From a virus (lineage: Duplodnaviria > Heunggongvirae > Uroviricota > Caudoviricetes): a stretch of DNA of 14,990 bases. Below, piece after piece: positions 1 to 7,789 of the stretch (positions are counted from its first letter, which is position 1; every line of letters begins with the position of its first letter). The stretch lies in the IMG/VR virus record IMGVR_UViG_2660238423_000033. The stretch is one strand, 5' to 3'. Both the position numbers and the translations under genes were made by a program. Under the pieces are notes generated by a model that did not search any database, had not been told where the DNA came from, and worked only from the letters and a program-made list of their open reading frames with translations.

Positions 1-156
1 ATGGCAAAGCCGATCATCACGCTCAATGGCCTAAAAATCGTCATTATGTTGGGAATGCTGGTCATTATTCTCTGCGGTATCCGTTTTGCCGCCGAGATCA
101 TCGTGCCGTTTATTCTCGCATTATTTATTGCTGTTATATATAACTTATTTCGCATA
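1..156 (+). pseudogene. tqsA: 5' fragment of an AI-2E family transporter gene (TqsA/YdgG-like), interrupted after about 45 codons
   Basis: Translation [45 protein letters not shown] is a hydrophobic membrane-protein N-terminus that I recognise from memory as TqsA-like. From about nt 136 the frame diverges into AT-rich sequence (YNLFRITH) and stops at 154-156. Not in the ORF track because it is under 60 aa. Confidence 0.45.
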
Positions 157-862
157 ACACATTGATTTAATTAAATAATTAACACCGCAAAAGTGCCAAA
201 AATCGCAAAATGACTACACCAGTGACTACACCGTTCGGTGCACTGTATGAAACAACGTGGAACAAATAGACACAAGAAATATACAGGCGGATCATCTTTC
301 CAGGGGGAAGCACACCAATTCATGAGGGGCGTTAATGTCGATATGGGGATCCCCACCTACCGGAATTTTTTTCCGGTTAAACGTTAATCAGGCTGGTGGG
401 CTTTACCTGTTCGGTAGGTGTTATGATTATCGTAATACCTTTCCCCCAATGGGGTAAAAGCATCAACCGTAACGAAAGTCGTTATGGTTGCCACTGATAC
501 CCCAAATTTGGGTATCACGAGTAAGCCCCAAAATCTGGGTGTTACTCTTACTACCCAAACTACGGGTAGTTTCCGTAGTTTCATGGTCGAGTTGCAGATC
601 TGCAACTCCCCCATTAACCACAGGCGAATTTCCGCCTTCGGTCATTCCTTAATCATCTGCGTAATCATAATGATTATTCAGCAAGCGCAATTTTGCGCTT
701 TGCTTAAAGTTCAGCGAGTTACCGCGCCGACTTCCTCAAATTGAGGTTTCCGAAAATATCAGCGGGTTAGCGATTAAGCTGACCATTAATTAAACTGCGA
801 AAATGTCGTAGTTGTGAGGGGTGTAGCCAACCCATTTTTGGGCCGTCGGGAATATCAACCAG

Positions 863-1144
863 TTACCGCCGCAACCGCTCCGGCTTCTTCCAGTGGTACG
901 TGATTTTCTCCTTCTCCCGATACAGTTCAACGCGGCGATTGTAGGCCAGCATTTCAAGAACGCGGATCCGTATGTCGCGCATATCCGCATCATTAAGCTG
1001 GATACCATCACGGCGCATCACCTCAGCAACAACACGCGCATAATTTTCGGCTGTCACGCTGTCCGGCTGCGTGGTCTGTTCGTCAGCCTGCTGGCTGATT
1101 CCAGAGACGCGGCGGATTAATCGCAGTATTTCGGCTTCTGTCAT
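863..1144 (-). CDS. hypothetical protein (93 aa), last gene of the packaging operon
   Basis: ATG at 1144 with GAGG about 9 nt upstream, directly after the terL stop (1158). No family recognised (MTEAEILRLIRRVSG...). Confidence 0.5.
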   Translation of the reverse strand: MTEAEILRLIRRVSGISQQADEQTTQPDSVTAENYARVVAEVMRRDGIQLNDADMRDIRIRVLEMLAYNRRVELYREKEKITYHWKKPERLRR

Positions 1145-1157
1145 GCTGCTGACCTCA

Positions 1158-2819
1158 TTACACCCCGCTAAATTCTTCCAGTTTCTGGCGGTGGCTGTCG
1201 CTTATATCAAAAGCAAAATCCTCATGCTCTGCCTGGAATGTACCAAACGCCATCAGCGCCGCTACGCTCGGGTCTATCTTGTTCGGTGATTTTTTCTTGT
1301 TCGGCTTGATATTGGCGTTCGCGTCACTCTGCATCACGACGTTACTCATCGACCAGGACAACACCGGATCGCCACGATGCACAATCACCCTGCGGTTAAC
1401 AAAAACTTCGAACGATTTCGCCGCCGGACTGAATCTGAGGTAGGTTTGCGGGAACGGCTCCACCTCAAAACCAGCCCCCTGTAATTGCGTCCTGAGATGC
1501 GTGGCGTTCCACGTATCAAAGCCCACCAGCCTGATATTAAATTTCTCCGCATCCTGCATGATGTCATCTCTGATCCGGTCGTAATCAATGCAGTCACCTG
1601 GCGTTGTGCGTATCCAGCCCGCTTTAGCCCACTGGCGATAGACAGCGCGGTTTTTATTGGCGGGGTTCTGTAGCTGGAACTCCGGCAGATAATGACGGGA
1701 AACCAGCATGATATTTTTACCGACCGGAAAGGCATAGCACACGCTGGAAATATCGCTGGTTGATGATAAGTCCAGCCCCGCGTAACACTCCTGCCCGTGT
1801 AAATCTTCCTCCGTGAACGTTCCGGCACACTCAGCCCATGCGCCGTTACCCATCCACGGGGTAGCCCCCTGGCACCAGATATTAAATCGCTTTGTCATCA
1901 TCTCCACCCACTGCGACGGAATACCCCGCGCTTTCTGGATGGTTGAGGCCAGTTTTTCACGATCGACGGAAACATCAATATTAGGGTTCGCCTTTATCCA
2001 CATCGCCGGATCATCAACCTCGTTTTCGTCGTCCAGCTCGTAAATCAGTACAAAAATTGAATCGTTAACCTCTTCGCCGTCCAGGATCTGGCAGCAATAA
2101 TCATAGTGCTGTTTACAGGCTGAAACGACGTTGCTGCCTGATGTGGTAATGGCAAATAACAGCCCTTCGGGACGTGCGCCCATCCCCAGCTCAAGCGCGG
2201 AATAAACGCCGTTATCGGGGTGCAAGTGGTATTCGTCCACGATGGAAAGGCTTGGGTTTGTTCCCTCGATGGTTGCCGCTTTTGCTGCCAGCGGCTTTAA
2301 CAGGCTGTTGCTTTTCGGGTGTATCACCTTATGCGCCTGAATATTCACCCGCCTGCGTAACGGTCGGGATAAAAGGCACATCTGACGCGCATCATCAAAG
2401 ACGATCCGCGCCTGGTCACGGCTCACCGCTGCGGTGTAGATATCCTGCTGACCGTTCTCCATAATCAGAAACCAGTTAGCCAGAATCGCGGCGGTCGTGG
2501 ATTTCGCATTTTTGCGCGGCACTTCGATAAAGGCGCTCGTGTATTTGCGCCGTCCGGTGGCCTTAACCTTAAAGCCGAGGATGCACGCAAAGGCGAACTG
2601 CTGCCACGGCTCCAGCTCAATGGGTCTGCCACGCATCGGTCCTTTTACGTGCGGGCACACCCTGGAAAAGGCAATAAACCGCTCCACAACCTCACGATCG
2701 AACGTGTAAAGGGGGCTTTTAAGGTCCGAAAAGTACCGTTTAACGGCCTGTTTCAGCCGTTTACAGGCCGGAATTTTGCCCGTTTTTACGTCTTCTGCGT
2801 ACTTATTCCAGGCGGTCAA
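1158..2819 (-). CDS. terL: terminase large subunit (ATPase/nuclease)
   Basis: 553 aa with a characteristic TerL N-terminus (WNKYAEDVKTGKIPACKRLKQAVKRYFSDL) and typical length. The start codon is TTG at 2819 with AGAGGA 6 nt upstream; it overlaps the terS 3' end by 17 nt. Confidence 0.9.
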   Translation of the reverse strand: MTAWNKYAEDVKTGKIPACKRLKQAVKRYFSDLKSPLYTFDREVVERFIAFSRVCPHVKGPMRGRPIELEPWQQFAFACILGFKVKATGRRKYTSAFIEVPRKNAKSTTAAILANWFLIMENGQQDIYTAAVSRDQARIVFDDARQMCLLSRPLRRRVNIQAHKVIHPKSNSLLKPLAAKAATIEGTNPSLSIVDEYHLHPDNGVYSALELGMGARPEGLLFAITTSGSNVVSACKQHYDYCCQILDGEEVNDSIFVLIYELDDENEVDDPAMWIKANPNIDVSVDREKLASTIQKARGIPSQWVEMMTKRFNIWCQGATPWMGNGAWAECAGTFTEEDLHGQECYAGLDLSSTSDISSVCYAFPVGKNIMLVSRHYLPEFQLQNPANKNRAVYRQWAKAGWIRTTPGDCIDYDRIRDDIMQDAEKFNIRLVGFDTWNATHLRTQLQGAGFEVEPFPQTYLRFSPAAKSFEVFVNRRVIVHRGDPVLSWSMSNVVMQSDANANIKPNKKKSPNKIDPSVAALMAFGTFQAEHEDFAFDISDSHRQKLEEFSGV

Positions 2820-3159
2820 GCTCGTCCTCTTCTTCTGTTTCCGGTGGGTTTTTACGGCGGCTTATCGGGTCAAAACCGAGCAAGGAGGCCATTTTTATCA
2901 TCACCCTTTCAGCGTCTGATTTCGCGCTTAATGCGGGGTTTCTGCTCTCGCCGCCCTGACTGTTAACAATGCTGAACCCGCGCGCCGCAAGGTCTGCGAC
3001 GGCTTTCCGGTAAATGGAGTAGTTGACACAATACAGTTCCAGATTGCTCCAGTCGGCGGGGGTCAGGTCTCCCCGTTCCGCAAGCTGCCGCGATTTTTCC
3101 CGCCACTGCTTCACGGCGATGTCATCCAGGTAGGCGGGGGCTTTCGGTGGTCTTGCCAT
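2803..3159 (-). CDS. terS: terminase small subunit, P27 family
   Basis: 118 aa; MARPPKAPAYLDDIAVKQWREKSRQLAERGDLTPADWSNLELYCVNYSIYRKAV resembles P27-family TerS. Sits immediately upstream of terL. Confidence 0.8.
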   Translation of the reverse strand: MARPPKAPAYLDDIAVKQWREKSRQLAERGDLTPADWSNLELYCVNYSIYRKAVADLAARGFSIVNSQGGESRNPALSAKSDAERVMIKMASLLGFDPISRRKNPPETEEEDELDRLE

Positions 3160-3447
3160 GCTTATTTTTCGTCAGATTATTTTTCAAAAAATTCCCGTGC
3201 ATAAAAATTTGAGGAGGCGTTCGGTGCCCGGCGGGGTCGGGTTTGTCCTGAAAACGCCCCCCACCCCGTCATACAGCCTCATCAGCGATTGCGGAAACAT
3301 TCCATAACCTCGCGGTCACGGTCGGTTAATCGCTTCGCTGTGATGCGTTCTGCGCGTCCTGACGCTTTATCTTTATGCCCTGTTTCCTGTGTCTTCCATG
3401 CGTCACGCTGCCTTATAAGTCCACGGATAAGGCGGTTTTGTTCCCGC
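3160..3447. other. non-coding HNH-terS intergenic region, candidate cos (cohesive end) site
   Basis: 288 bp without a credible ORF between the HNH endonuclease and terS, containing a GC-rich tract (ggtgcccggcggggtcggg ... cgccccccaccccg). In HK97-like cos phages the cos site lies between the HNH gene and terS. Inferred, not demonstrated. Confidence 0.3.
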
Positions 3448-3888
3448 TCATTCATCAGCGTCATACATCCAGTTATTGCGGTTAGCGGCCCGTTCTTCCT
3501 CTTCATGAAATCCACCTGCGGCACGCTTGCTTTTTGTTGCCGGATCAAGCCATTTCGTTTTCTGGTTATGACACGCCTGGCACAATGGTTGATGGTTCCA
3601 TTCGGGCCAGAAGAGAACATCATCACCGCCATTAATCGGGATAATGTGATCCACCACCACGGCGGGCGTATATATCCCCTTCTCAAGGCATCGCACGCAT
3701 AACGGGTTTTTACTCAGATACATGGCGCGGTATTTGTCCCACTGTCTGGAGTACCCACGCGCGCGGCGGTGTCCTCGTCTGGCATCCTCTGCACGCCATG
3801 CCGCCCGCCTGTGCTCCTCACACTTGCCGGACTTCACGCGCCTGTTACAGCCTGGTTCTGTGCATCGTCTTAATGGTTGCCACGGCAT
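3448..3888 (-). CDS. HNH endonuclease (packaging-associated)
   Basis: 146 aa; Cys-rich N-terminus (CTEPGCNRRVKSGKCEEH) and an HNH core (VVDHIIPINGGDDVLFWPEWNHQPLCQACHNQKT). ATG at 3888 overlaps the connector stop by 1 nt. Confidence 0.85.
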   Translation of the reverse strand: MPWQPLRRCTEPGCNRRVKSGKCEEHRRAAWRAEDARRGHRRARGYSRQWDKYRAMYLSKNPLCVRCLEKGIYTPAVVVDHIIPINGGDDVLFWPEWNHQPLCQACHNQKTKWLDPATKSKRAAGGFHEEEERAANRNNWMYDADE

Positions 3889-4184
3889 CAGTACACCCCC
3901 ACATCACGGTAAGCCGTCCAGAGCGCGCCTATCGTCATGGGTACGCGCGTTTTTGCGTTATCCGCTACCAGCTGGCGATTCTCGTACAGGTGAGCGATAA
4001 ACATCATGCAGCCAATCTTTATGGCTGGCGTGAACTCCAGCCCGTCATCAAAGCGCCTGCCTATATGTATCTGGCACGCCTCAAGCGATGCGGCAATGTA
4101 TCCGCTGATTAACTGGTCTTCCTCGTCGCCATCGATGCGGCAATGGAGTTTCACTTCTTCCAGGGTGATAAGTTCTTCTGTCAT
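3888..4184 (-). CDS. gp6-like head-tail connector protein
   Basis: 98 aa; MTEELITLEEVKLHCRIDGDEEDQLISGYIAASLEACQIHIGRRF matches the gp6-like connector pattern. Start overlaps the upstream stop (ATGA). Confidence 0.7.
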   Translation of the reverse strand: MTEELITLEEVKLHCRIDGDEEDQLISGYIAASLEACQIHIGRRFDDGLEFTPAIKIGCMMFIAHLYENRQLVADNAKTRVPMTIGALWTAYRDVGVY

Positions 4185-4519
4185 TTTTCCGCGCCCTCAC
4201 GACAAAGAATTTCAAGGCGTGTCCTGGCGGCATCCGGCAGCGGCTGCCCGATGATATTCAGTACACGCCCCGCCAGCGGCCCCGTACTGACCTTTATCCG
4301 GCTGGTGGCGTTGATGTCCTTCCGGTACCGTATCCAGATCCTTACGGTACCAATCGCCAGCTCTGCACCCGATGAAATGGCCTCCTTGCTGCTGATCATG
4401 TTCACGCTTGCCCAGAGTGTGTGACCGTCCTCCCACGTTTCGAGTATTTCGCCGGTTATATCCCTGGTCTGTTTCAGGGTCTGAATCGTTACCCTGTCAC
4501 GCAGTCGCCCTATGTTCAT
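4181..4519 (-). CDS. head closure / head-tail joining protein (likely start at 4519; ORF track extends to 4561)
   Basis: MNIGRLRDRVTIQTLKQTRDITGEILETWEDGHTLWASV...VRIWIRYRKDIN fits the phage head-tail joining family. The ATG at 4519 overlaps the portal stop (ATGA) and has GAGGGAG upstream. Confidence 0.65.
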   Translation of the reverse strand: MNIGRLRDRVTIQTLKQTRDITGEILETWEDGHTLWASVNMISSKEAISSGAELAIGTVRIWIRYRKDINATSRIKVSTGPLAGRVLNIIGQPLPDAARTRLEILCREGAEK

Positions 4520-5727
4520 TCCGGTTTTTCTCCCTCGCTGATTTTTACTTCCTGTTTCCATGCCTGGCTGAACTCATCACCACCATCACGCGGGGACAGC
4601 CCTTCACGTTCGCGGGCTTCGTTCGGGCACATAACGCCGGATTTGATGCCGCGTTCATAGGTGGCAAAGCGTTCGCCAGGTGTGGCCCGTAACAGGTCCG
4701 CGCTGTCAAACTCCACCTGATACCGGATACCAGGTACAGGCGAGGCCACCAGCAGGGCGTTTTTTATCTGCTGCTCAAAGTTCGCCAGCCACGGGCGCAT
4801 CGTCATAGTGAGAAATGCGCGGCTTGCCTCGCTGAAATTGCTGTAGGTGCTGTTGCTGTATTCCTGCAAAAAAATCGGCGAGACGTTGAACATTCGGGCG
4901 ATGTCTTCAATGGTGAAGCGACGGGAGGCCAGCCATTCAGCATCCTGATTACTCATGCCCAGCTGCTGATAGCTCATACCCCCTTCAAGGATGGGCGTTT
5001 TTCCGGCGTTTCTGGCCCCTTTGTAGCGTTCCAGTGCGGCTAATGCCTGTTTGCCTTTCACGCCGTCCAGCCATTCGCCTGACGTGATAACCCCTGCCGC
5101 CATCATGCCATCACGCATCACGCTCGCGCCGTGGCGTTGTTGGGCCAGCCCAAGCCCCAGCGATTCGCGGCAGATGGTTACAGGTGAGCGCCCCATAAAA
5201 CCGTCATCCGTGGAGTAACGAAGGTGGAGAACCTCCCACGGTAAATAGTTGCGGGTGTTTCCGGTGTAGGCGTCAGTGATGCAGTAGCGCCAGTTGTGTT
5301 CGCCTGTCTGCTCCACGTTCACCGACTGCGGCGGGTAAGGATGTAAAGCCACCGGAAAACCATCACGCCCCCACTGAATCACCGCATAAGCATTACCGTT
5401 TAACAGGCAGTGGCGGATCATCATTCGCTTAAACTGGTAGGGAGTCTGCCACGCGTTCGGGCGCTCGTTGAGGATGTGATCGACCGGATGAGAATCAAGC
5501 CACTCTCGGGCCTCCTTCCCCTTCTCATTGCGTACCAGGTACAGGTAACACGGCATGGTAGCCACCGCCTCAGAGATGACCGTGACGGCGTTCATGACGG
5601 CGGGCAGTGATTCCGCTGTCCCCGATGATACGTACTCACCCGACCCCGTGTTCGATGTGCCGGCCAGCGCCATAAATTCATCCAGCGTCATGCTGCGCTG
5701 CTCTTTTTTTCTTCTGAAAGGCCACAT
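4516..5727 (-). CDS. portal protein, HK97 family
   Basis: 403 aa; N-terminal region (SLPAVMNAVTVISEAVATMPCYLY) and length are typical of HK97-family portals. ATG at 5727 is preceded by GGGGGTG. Confidence 0.9.
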   Translation of the reverse strand: MWPFRRKKEQRSMTLDEFMALAGTSNTGSGEYVSSGTAESLPAVMNAVTVISEAVATMPCYLYLVRNEKGKEAREWLDSHPVDHILNERPNAWQTPYQFKRMMIRHCLLNGNAYAVIQWGRDGFPVALHPYPPQSVNVEQTGEHNWRYCITDAYTGNTRNYLPWEVLHLRYSTDDGFMGRSPVTICRESLGLGLAQQRHGASVMRDGMMAAGVITSGEWLDGVKGKQALAALERYKGARNAGKTPILEGGMSYQQLGMSNQDAEWLASRRFTIEDIARMFNVSPIFLQEYSNSTYSNFSEASRAFLTMTMRPWLANFEQQIKNALLVASPVPGIRYQVEFDSADLLRATPGERFATYERGIKSGVMCPNEAREREGLSPRDGGDEFSQAWKQEVKISEGEKPE

Positions 5728-5728
5728 A

Positions 5729-6301
5729 TCACACCCCCGCTAAATCCGCCCACCAGCGGCGATTATCCGCACGCGGCATTTTTTCGGGGTGCTGCTCATA
5801 CAGGGAACGGCGGGCCAGCTCCACGCCGGAATCAGGGTAAGCCGGTACGGATGTAACGGTAATTTCGTACAGTTCCGCCACCAGCACGGTGCGCACGCAT
5901 GGATCTGTTGTGGTATCCCATACATCCTTACGGGAACGAAAGCCAAAGCTCATGCCGGATATATCACCACGTTTAACCAGTTCGATAACGTCACGCCCTG
6001 TGCTGGTATCCGGTGGGGTAAGTTCAAAGCGTAACCCTGTGTCGTCCTCTTCCAGTTTCAGCGTGCCGGAACGGGTGCGCCCCAGTAACATGCTGTGGTC
6101 ATGCTCATACAGGCCGCGAACGTCATTACCCGCCGCAAGCCACTCAGTAAACGCCCCCCGCTGGAATTTTTCGTAAAACTCCCCCCATAGCAGTTCTGAA
6201 AGCTTATCCCAGCGAACAACGTAGCCCGTCAGCGTACCGGCTCCGCTGGTGGTGATTTCCGATGACCGGATTTCCATACTCTTCATAATTTTTTCACCCA
6301 T
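5729..6301 (-). CDS. prohead maturation protease, HK97 family (true start probably the ATG at 6286)
   Basis: Motifs GYVVRWDKLS, GAFTEWL, LYEHD, LLGRT, DDTGLRFEL and GDISGMSFGFR resemble the HK97 prohead protease family. The first ATG (6301) has no Shine-Dalgarno; the ATG at 6286 has GGTGA 7 nt upstream. Confidence 0.85.
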   Translation of the reverse strand: MGEKIMKSMEIRSSEITTSGAGTLTGYVVRWDKLSELLWGEFYEKFQRGAFTEWLAAGNDVRGLYEHDHSMLLGRTRSGTLKLEEDDTGLRFELTPPDTSTGRDVIELVKRGDISGMSFGFRSRKDVWDTTTDPCVRTVLVAELYEITVTSVPAYPDSGVELARRSLYEQHPEKMPRADNRRWWADLAGV

Positions 6302-6310
6302 AAAACACTA

Positions 6311-6330
6311 AAGGGGCTTTTAAGCCCCTT
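6311..6330 (-). terminator. perfect palindrome between the capsid and protease genes (possible attenuator)
   Basis: aaggggctt-tt-aagcccctt, 9 bp arms, followed on the minus strand by a T-rich stretch (tagtgtttt). Placement after the major capsid gene would favour high capsid stoichiometry. Confidence 0.3.
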
Positions 6331-6340
6331 CTGTATGCTG

Positions 6341-7498
6341 TTAATCGTCGTCCTGTGGCAGTTCCAGAATCTTGATCGCGTTCGAATCCACCACGCCACC
6401 GCCTAAATATTTCTGCGTGAAAATTTTGATGAAGCCCGGCTCTGTGAGGTTGTCCGGTCTGGTGCGAACACCTGTTTCGTGATCAACAATGTAGTAACCG
6501 CGTTTGAAGTCACCCAGGGCAATAACGTTATCAGGCATAAACTCCAGATATTCGACCGGAAGGCCCAGCAACGTATCAGGATCACCCGCCTGTAAACGGT
6601 CGCGCCAGATGTAATCACCGTTCGCGTTCTTCACCTTCTGAAGTTTTGCCGCCGTCGTGGAGTTAACCACCCAGACCGCGTTTTTGCGGTATTTTTTACG
6701 TAATGCAAATTTCAGGTCGATCAGCGGGTCCGCAGATGTCCACGCCAGAGATTCGGAAGGTTTAATTACCTGCAACGTACCAAAATCACGCTCTTTGTCG
6801 TTCTTCTCTGCACGGGGTACGGATAAAAAACCTTTTGCTTTTTTGTCACCGTCGCCCACAACCAGATCGCTTTCTTCGGTTTCCGTGAAGGTGTCGCCAA
6901 TCTCACCCGTCAGCCATGAAAGGATGTCCACATCGGAAAAATCCACGATTTCCTGTGTGGTGCGCGGGTACGCATAGACCGGATACAGCTTAATGCTCAC
7001 CTCGTTAATCTGCGGGGTGCTGGTCTGTTCGCGTGCCTTACCCTCTTCACCGTGGTTAACGGTCGCACCGCCAGCGGAAACAAGCTGCTTAAACTCGTTG
7101 CTGCTGATTTTCTTCACGGTACAGATGCGGCGCATGGTGGATTCATCCGCCAGCATTCGCATGATTTCGGTGTTCAGCTCGGGGATAACGGTATAACCAC
7201 CATCAGCGGGAACGCCTGTACTTAATGCGCGGGTTTCACCTGTCAGGATGTAGTTGCGTAGTTCTGCGGGGTCAGTGGTCTGACTGCTTTTACCTGGCTT
7301 GCTGCGCTCTTCGTCTGCAATGGCTTCAAGGCGGGAAATGTCTTTATCGAGGGATTCAGCTTTAGTGCGTAATTCGTCAAATTTTGCGCCCTCAGCATCG
7401 TTAAGACTGCGGTTTTCTTTTTCCGCGTTCTCCAGCATGTCGCGCATCTGATTTTTAATGGCGGTTTTCTGCTGGCGTAATTCGATTATTCTCGGCAT
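6341..7498 (-). CDS. major capsid protein, HK97 fold, with N-terminal coiled-coil (delta/scaffold-like) region
   Basis: 385 aa; N-terminal about 90 residues are charged and heptad-like (IIELRQQKTAIKNQMRDMLENAEKENRSL...ISRLEAIADEE), as in HK97 delta domains. Position next to the protease and portal supports the call. ATG at 7498. Confidence 0.8.
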   Translation of the reverse strand: MPRIIELRQQKTAIKNQMRDMLENAEKENRSLNDAEGAKFDELRTKAESLDKDISRLEAIADEERSKPGKSSQTTDPAELRNYILTGETRALSTGVPADGGYTVIPELNTEIMRMLADESTMRRICTVKKISSNEFKQLVSAGGATVNHGEEGKAREQTSTPQINEVSIKLYPVYAYPRTTQEIVDFSDVDILSWLTGEIGDTFTETEESDLVVGDGDKKAKGFLSVPRAEKNDKERDFGTLQVIKPSESLAWTSADPLIDLKFALRKKYRKNAVWVVNSTTAAKLQKVKNANGDYIWRDRLQAGDPDTLLGLPVEYLEFMPDNVIALGDFKRGYYIVDHETGVRTRPDNLTEPGFIKIFTQKYLGGGVVDSNAIKILELPQDDD

Positions 7499-7534
7499 AA
7501 AAAAAGTCCTGGGGTTAAGTAAGGAACTCCAGGA
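7499..7534 (-). promoter_or_regulatory. stem-loop plus U6 abutting the capsid start codon; it contains the only Shine-Dalgarno candidate
   Basis: Minus-strand RNA gtcctggaguu-ccuuacuu-aaccccaggac-UUUUUU-AUG: an 11 bp stem with one mismatch and an 8 nt loop, then six U and the capsid ATG. The AGGA in the 3' arm is 7 nt from the ATG. Confidence 0.4.
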
Positions 7535-7708
7535 CGCGGCAAAAACTCAACCGTTTTTCATAAGGAAATCAGCAATCGCACCGATCGTTTTCCCGCCTGG
7601 TAATGAATATTGGCGAGAACATTAACAGGCGGAAAAGTGGCCCCAGCGTCCTGGCACCACGGGCGAGAATAATCATGATTCAGTTCGGGTAAAATATGCC
7701 GATCCGCT

Positions 7709-7738
7709 CAGTGAACAACGTGGAACAACCACGAACAA
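7709..7738 (+). repeat. three GAACAA hexamers phased at exactly 10 bp (candidate regulator binding array)
   Basis: cagtGAACAAcgtgGAACAAccacGAACAAataa, with hexamers at 7713, 7723 and 7733. The same architecture occurs at 246-275 and, on the other strand, at 13681-13730. Confidence 0.45.
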
Positions 7739-7754
7739 ATAATTTACAAAAAAT

Positions 7755-7780
7755 GACAAAAAGCCGGATTTCTCCGGCTG
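7755..7780 (-). terminator. rho-independent terminator after the 74 aa gene
   Basis: Minus-strand RNA gccgga-GAAA-uccggc followed by uuuuugucauuuuuu; lies 12 nt after the stop at 7790. Confidence 0.6.
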
Positions 7781-7789
7781 TATGGGTGC

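Noticed and set aside
246-270. LexA (SOS) box reading of CTGTATGAAACAACGTGG
   Set aside because: Begins with CTGT but lacks the ACAG half-site at the correct 8 bp spacing; it is better explained as part of the phased GAACAA array.
160-860. Possible tRNA or tmRNA integration target in the non-coding left arm
   Set aside because: No acceptor stem with a GTTCRANYC-type T-loop was found by eye, and the adjacent interrupted gene is protein-coding. Small ORFs here (171-356, 384-614, 484-744) lack start context. A proper tRNA scan was not possible.
1385-2709. Several 60-150 aa ORFs on both strands inside terL (for example 1385-1828 and 2174-2464)
   Set aside because: Embedded in or antisense to the terminase large subunit gene; no ribosome-binding sites; biased composition.
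3282-3702. 134 and 137 aa ORFs overlapping the HNH gene and the HNH-terS gap
   Set aside because: Out of frame with or antisense to the HNH endonuclease gene, and no start context; the region is better explained as HNH plus a non-coding cos candidate.
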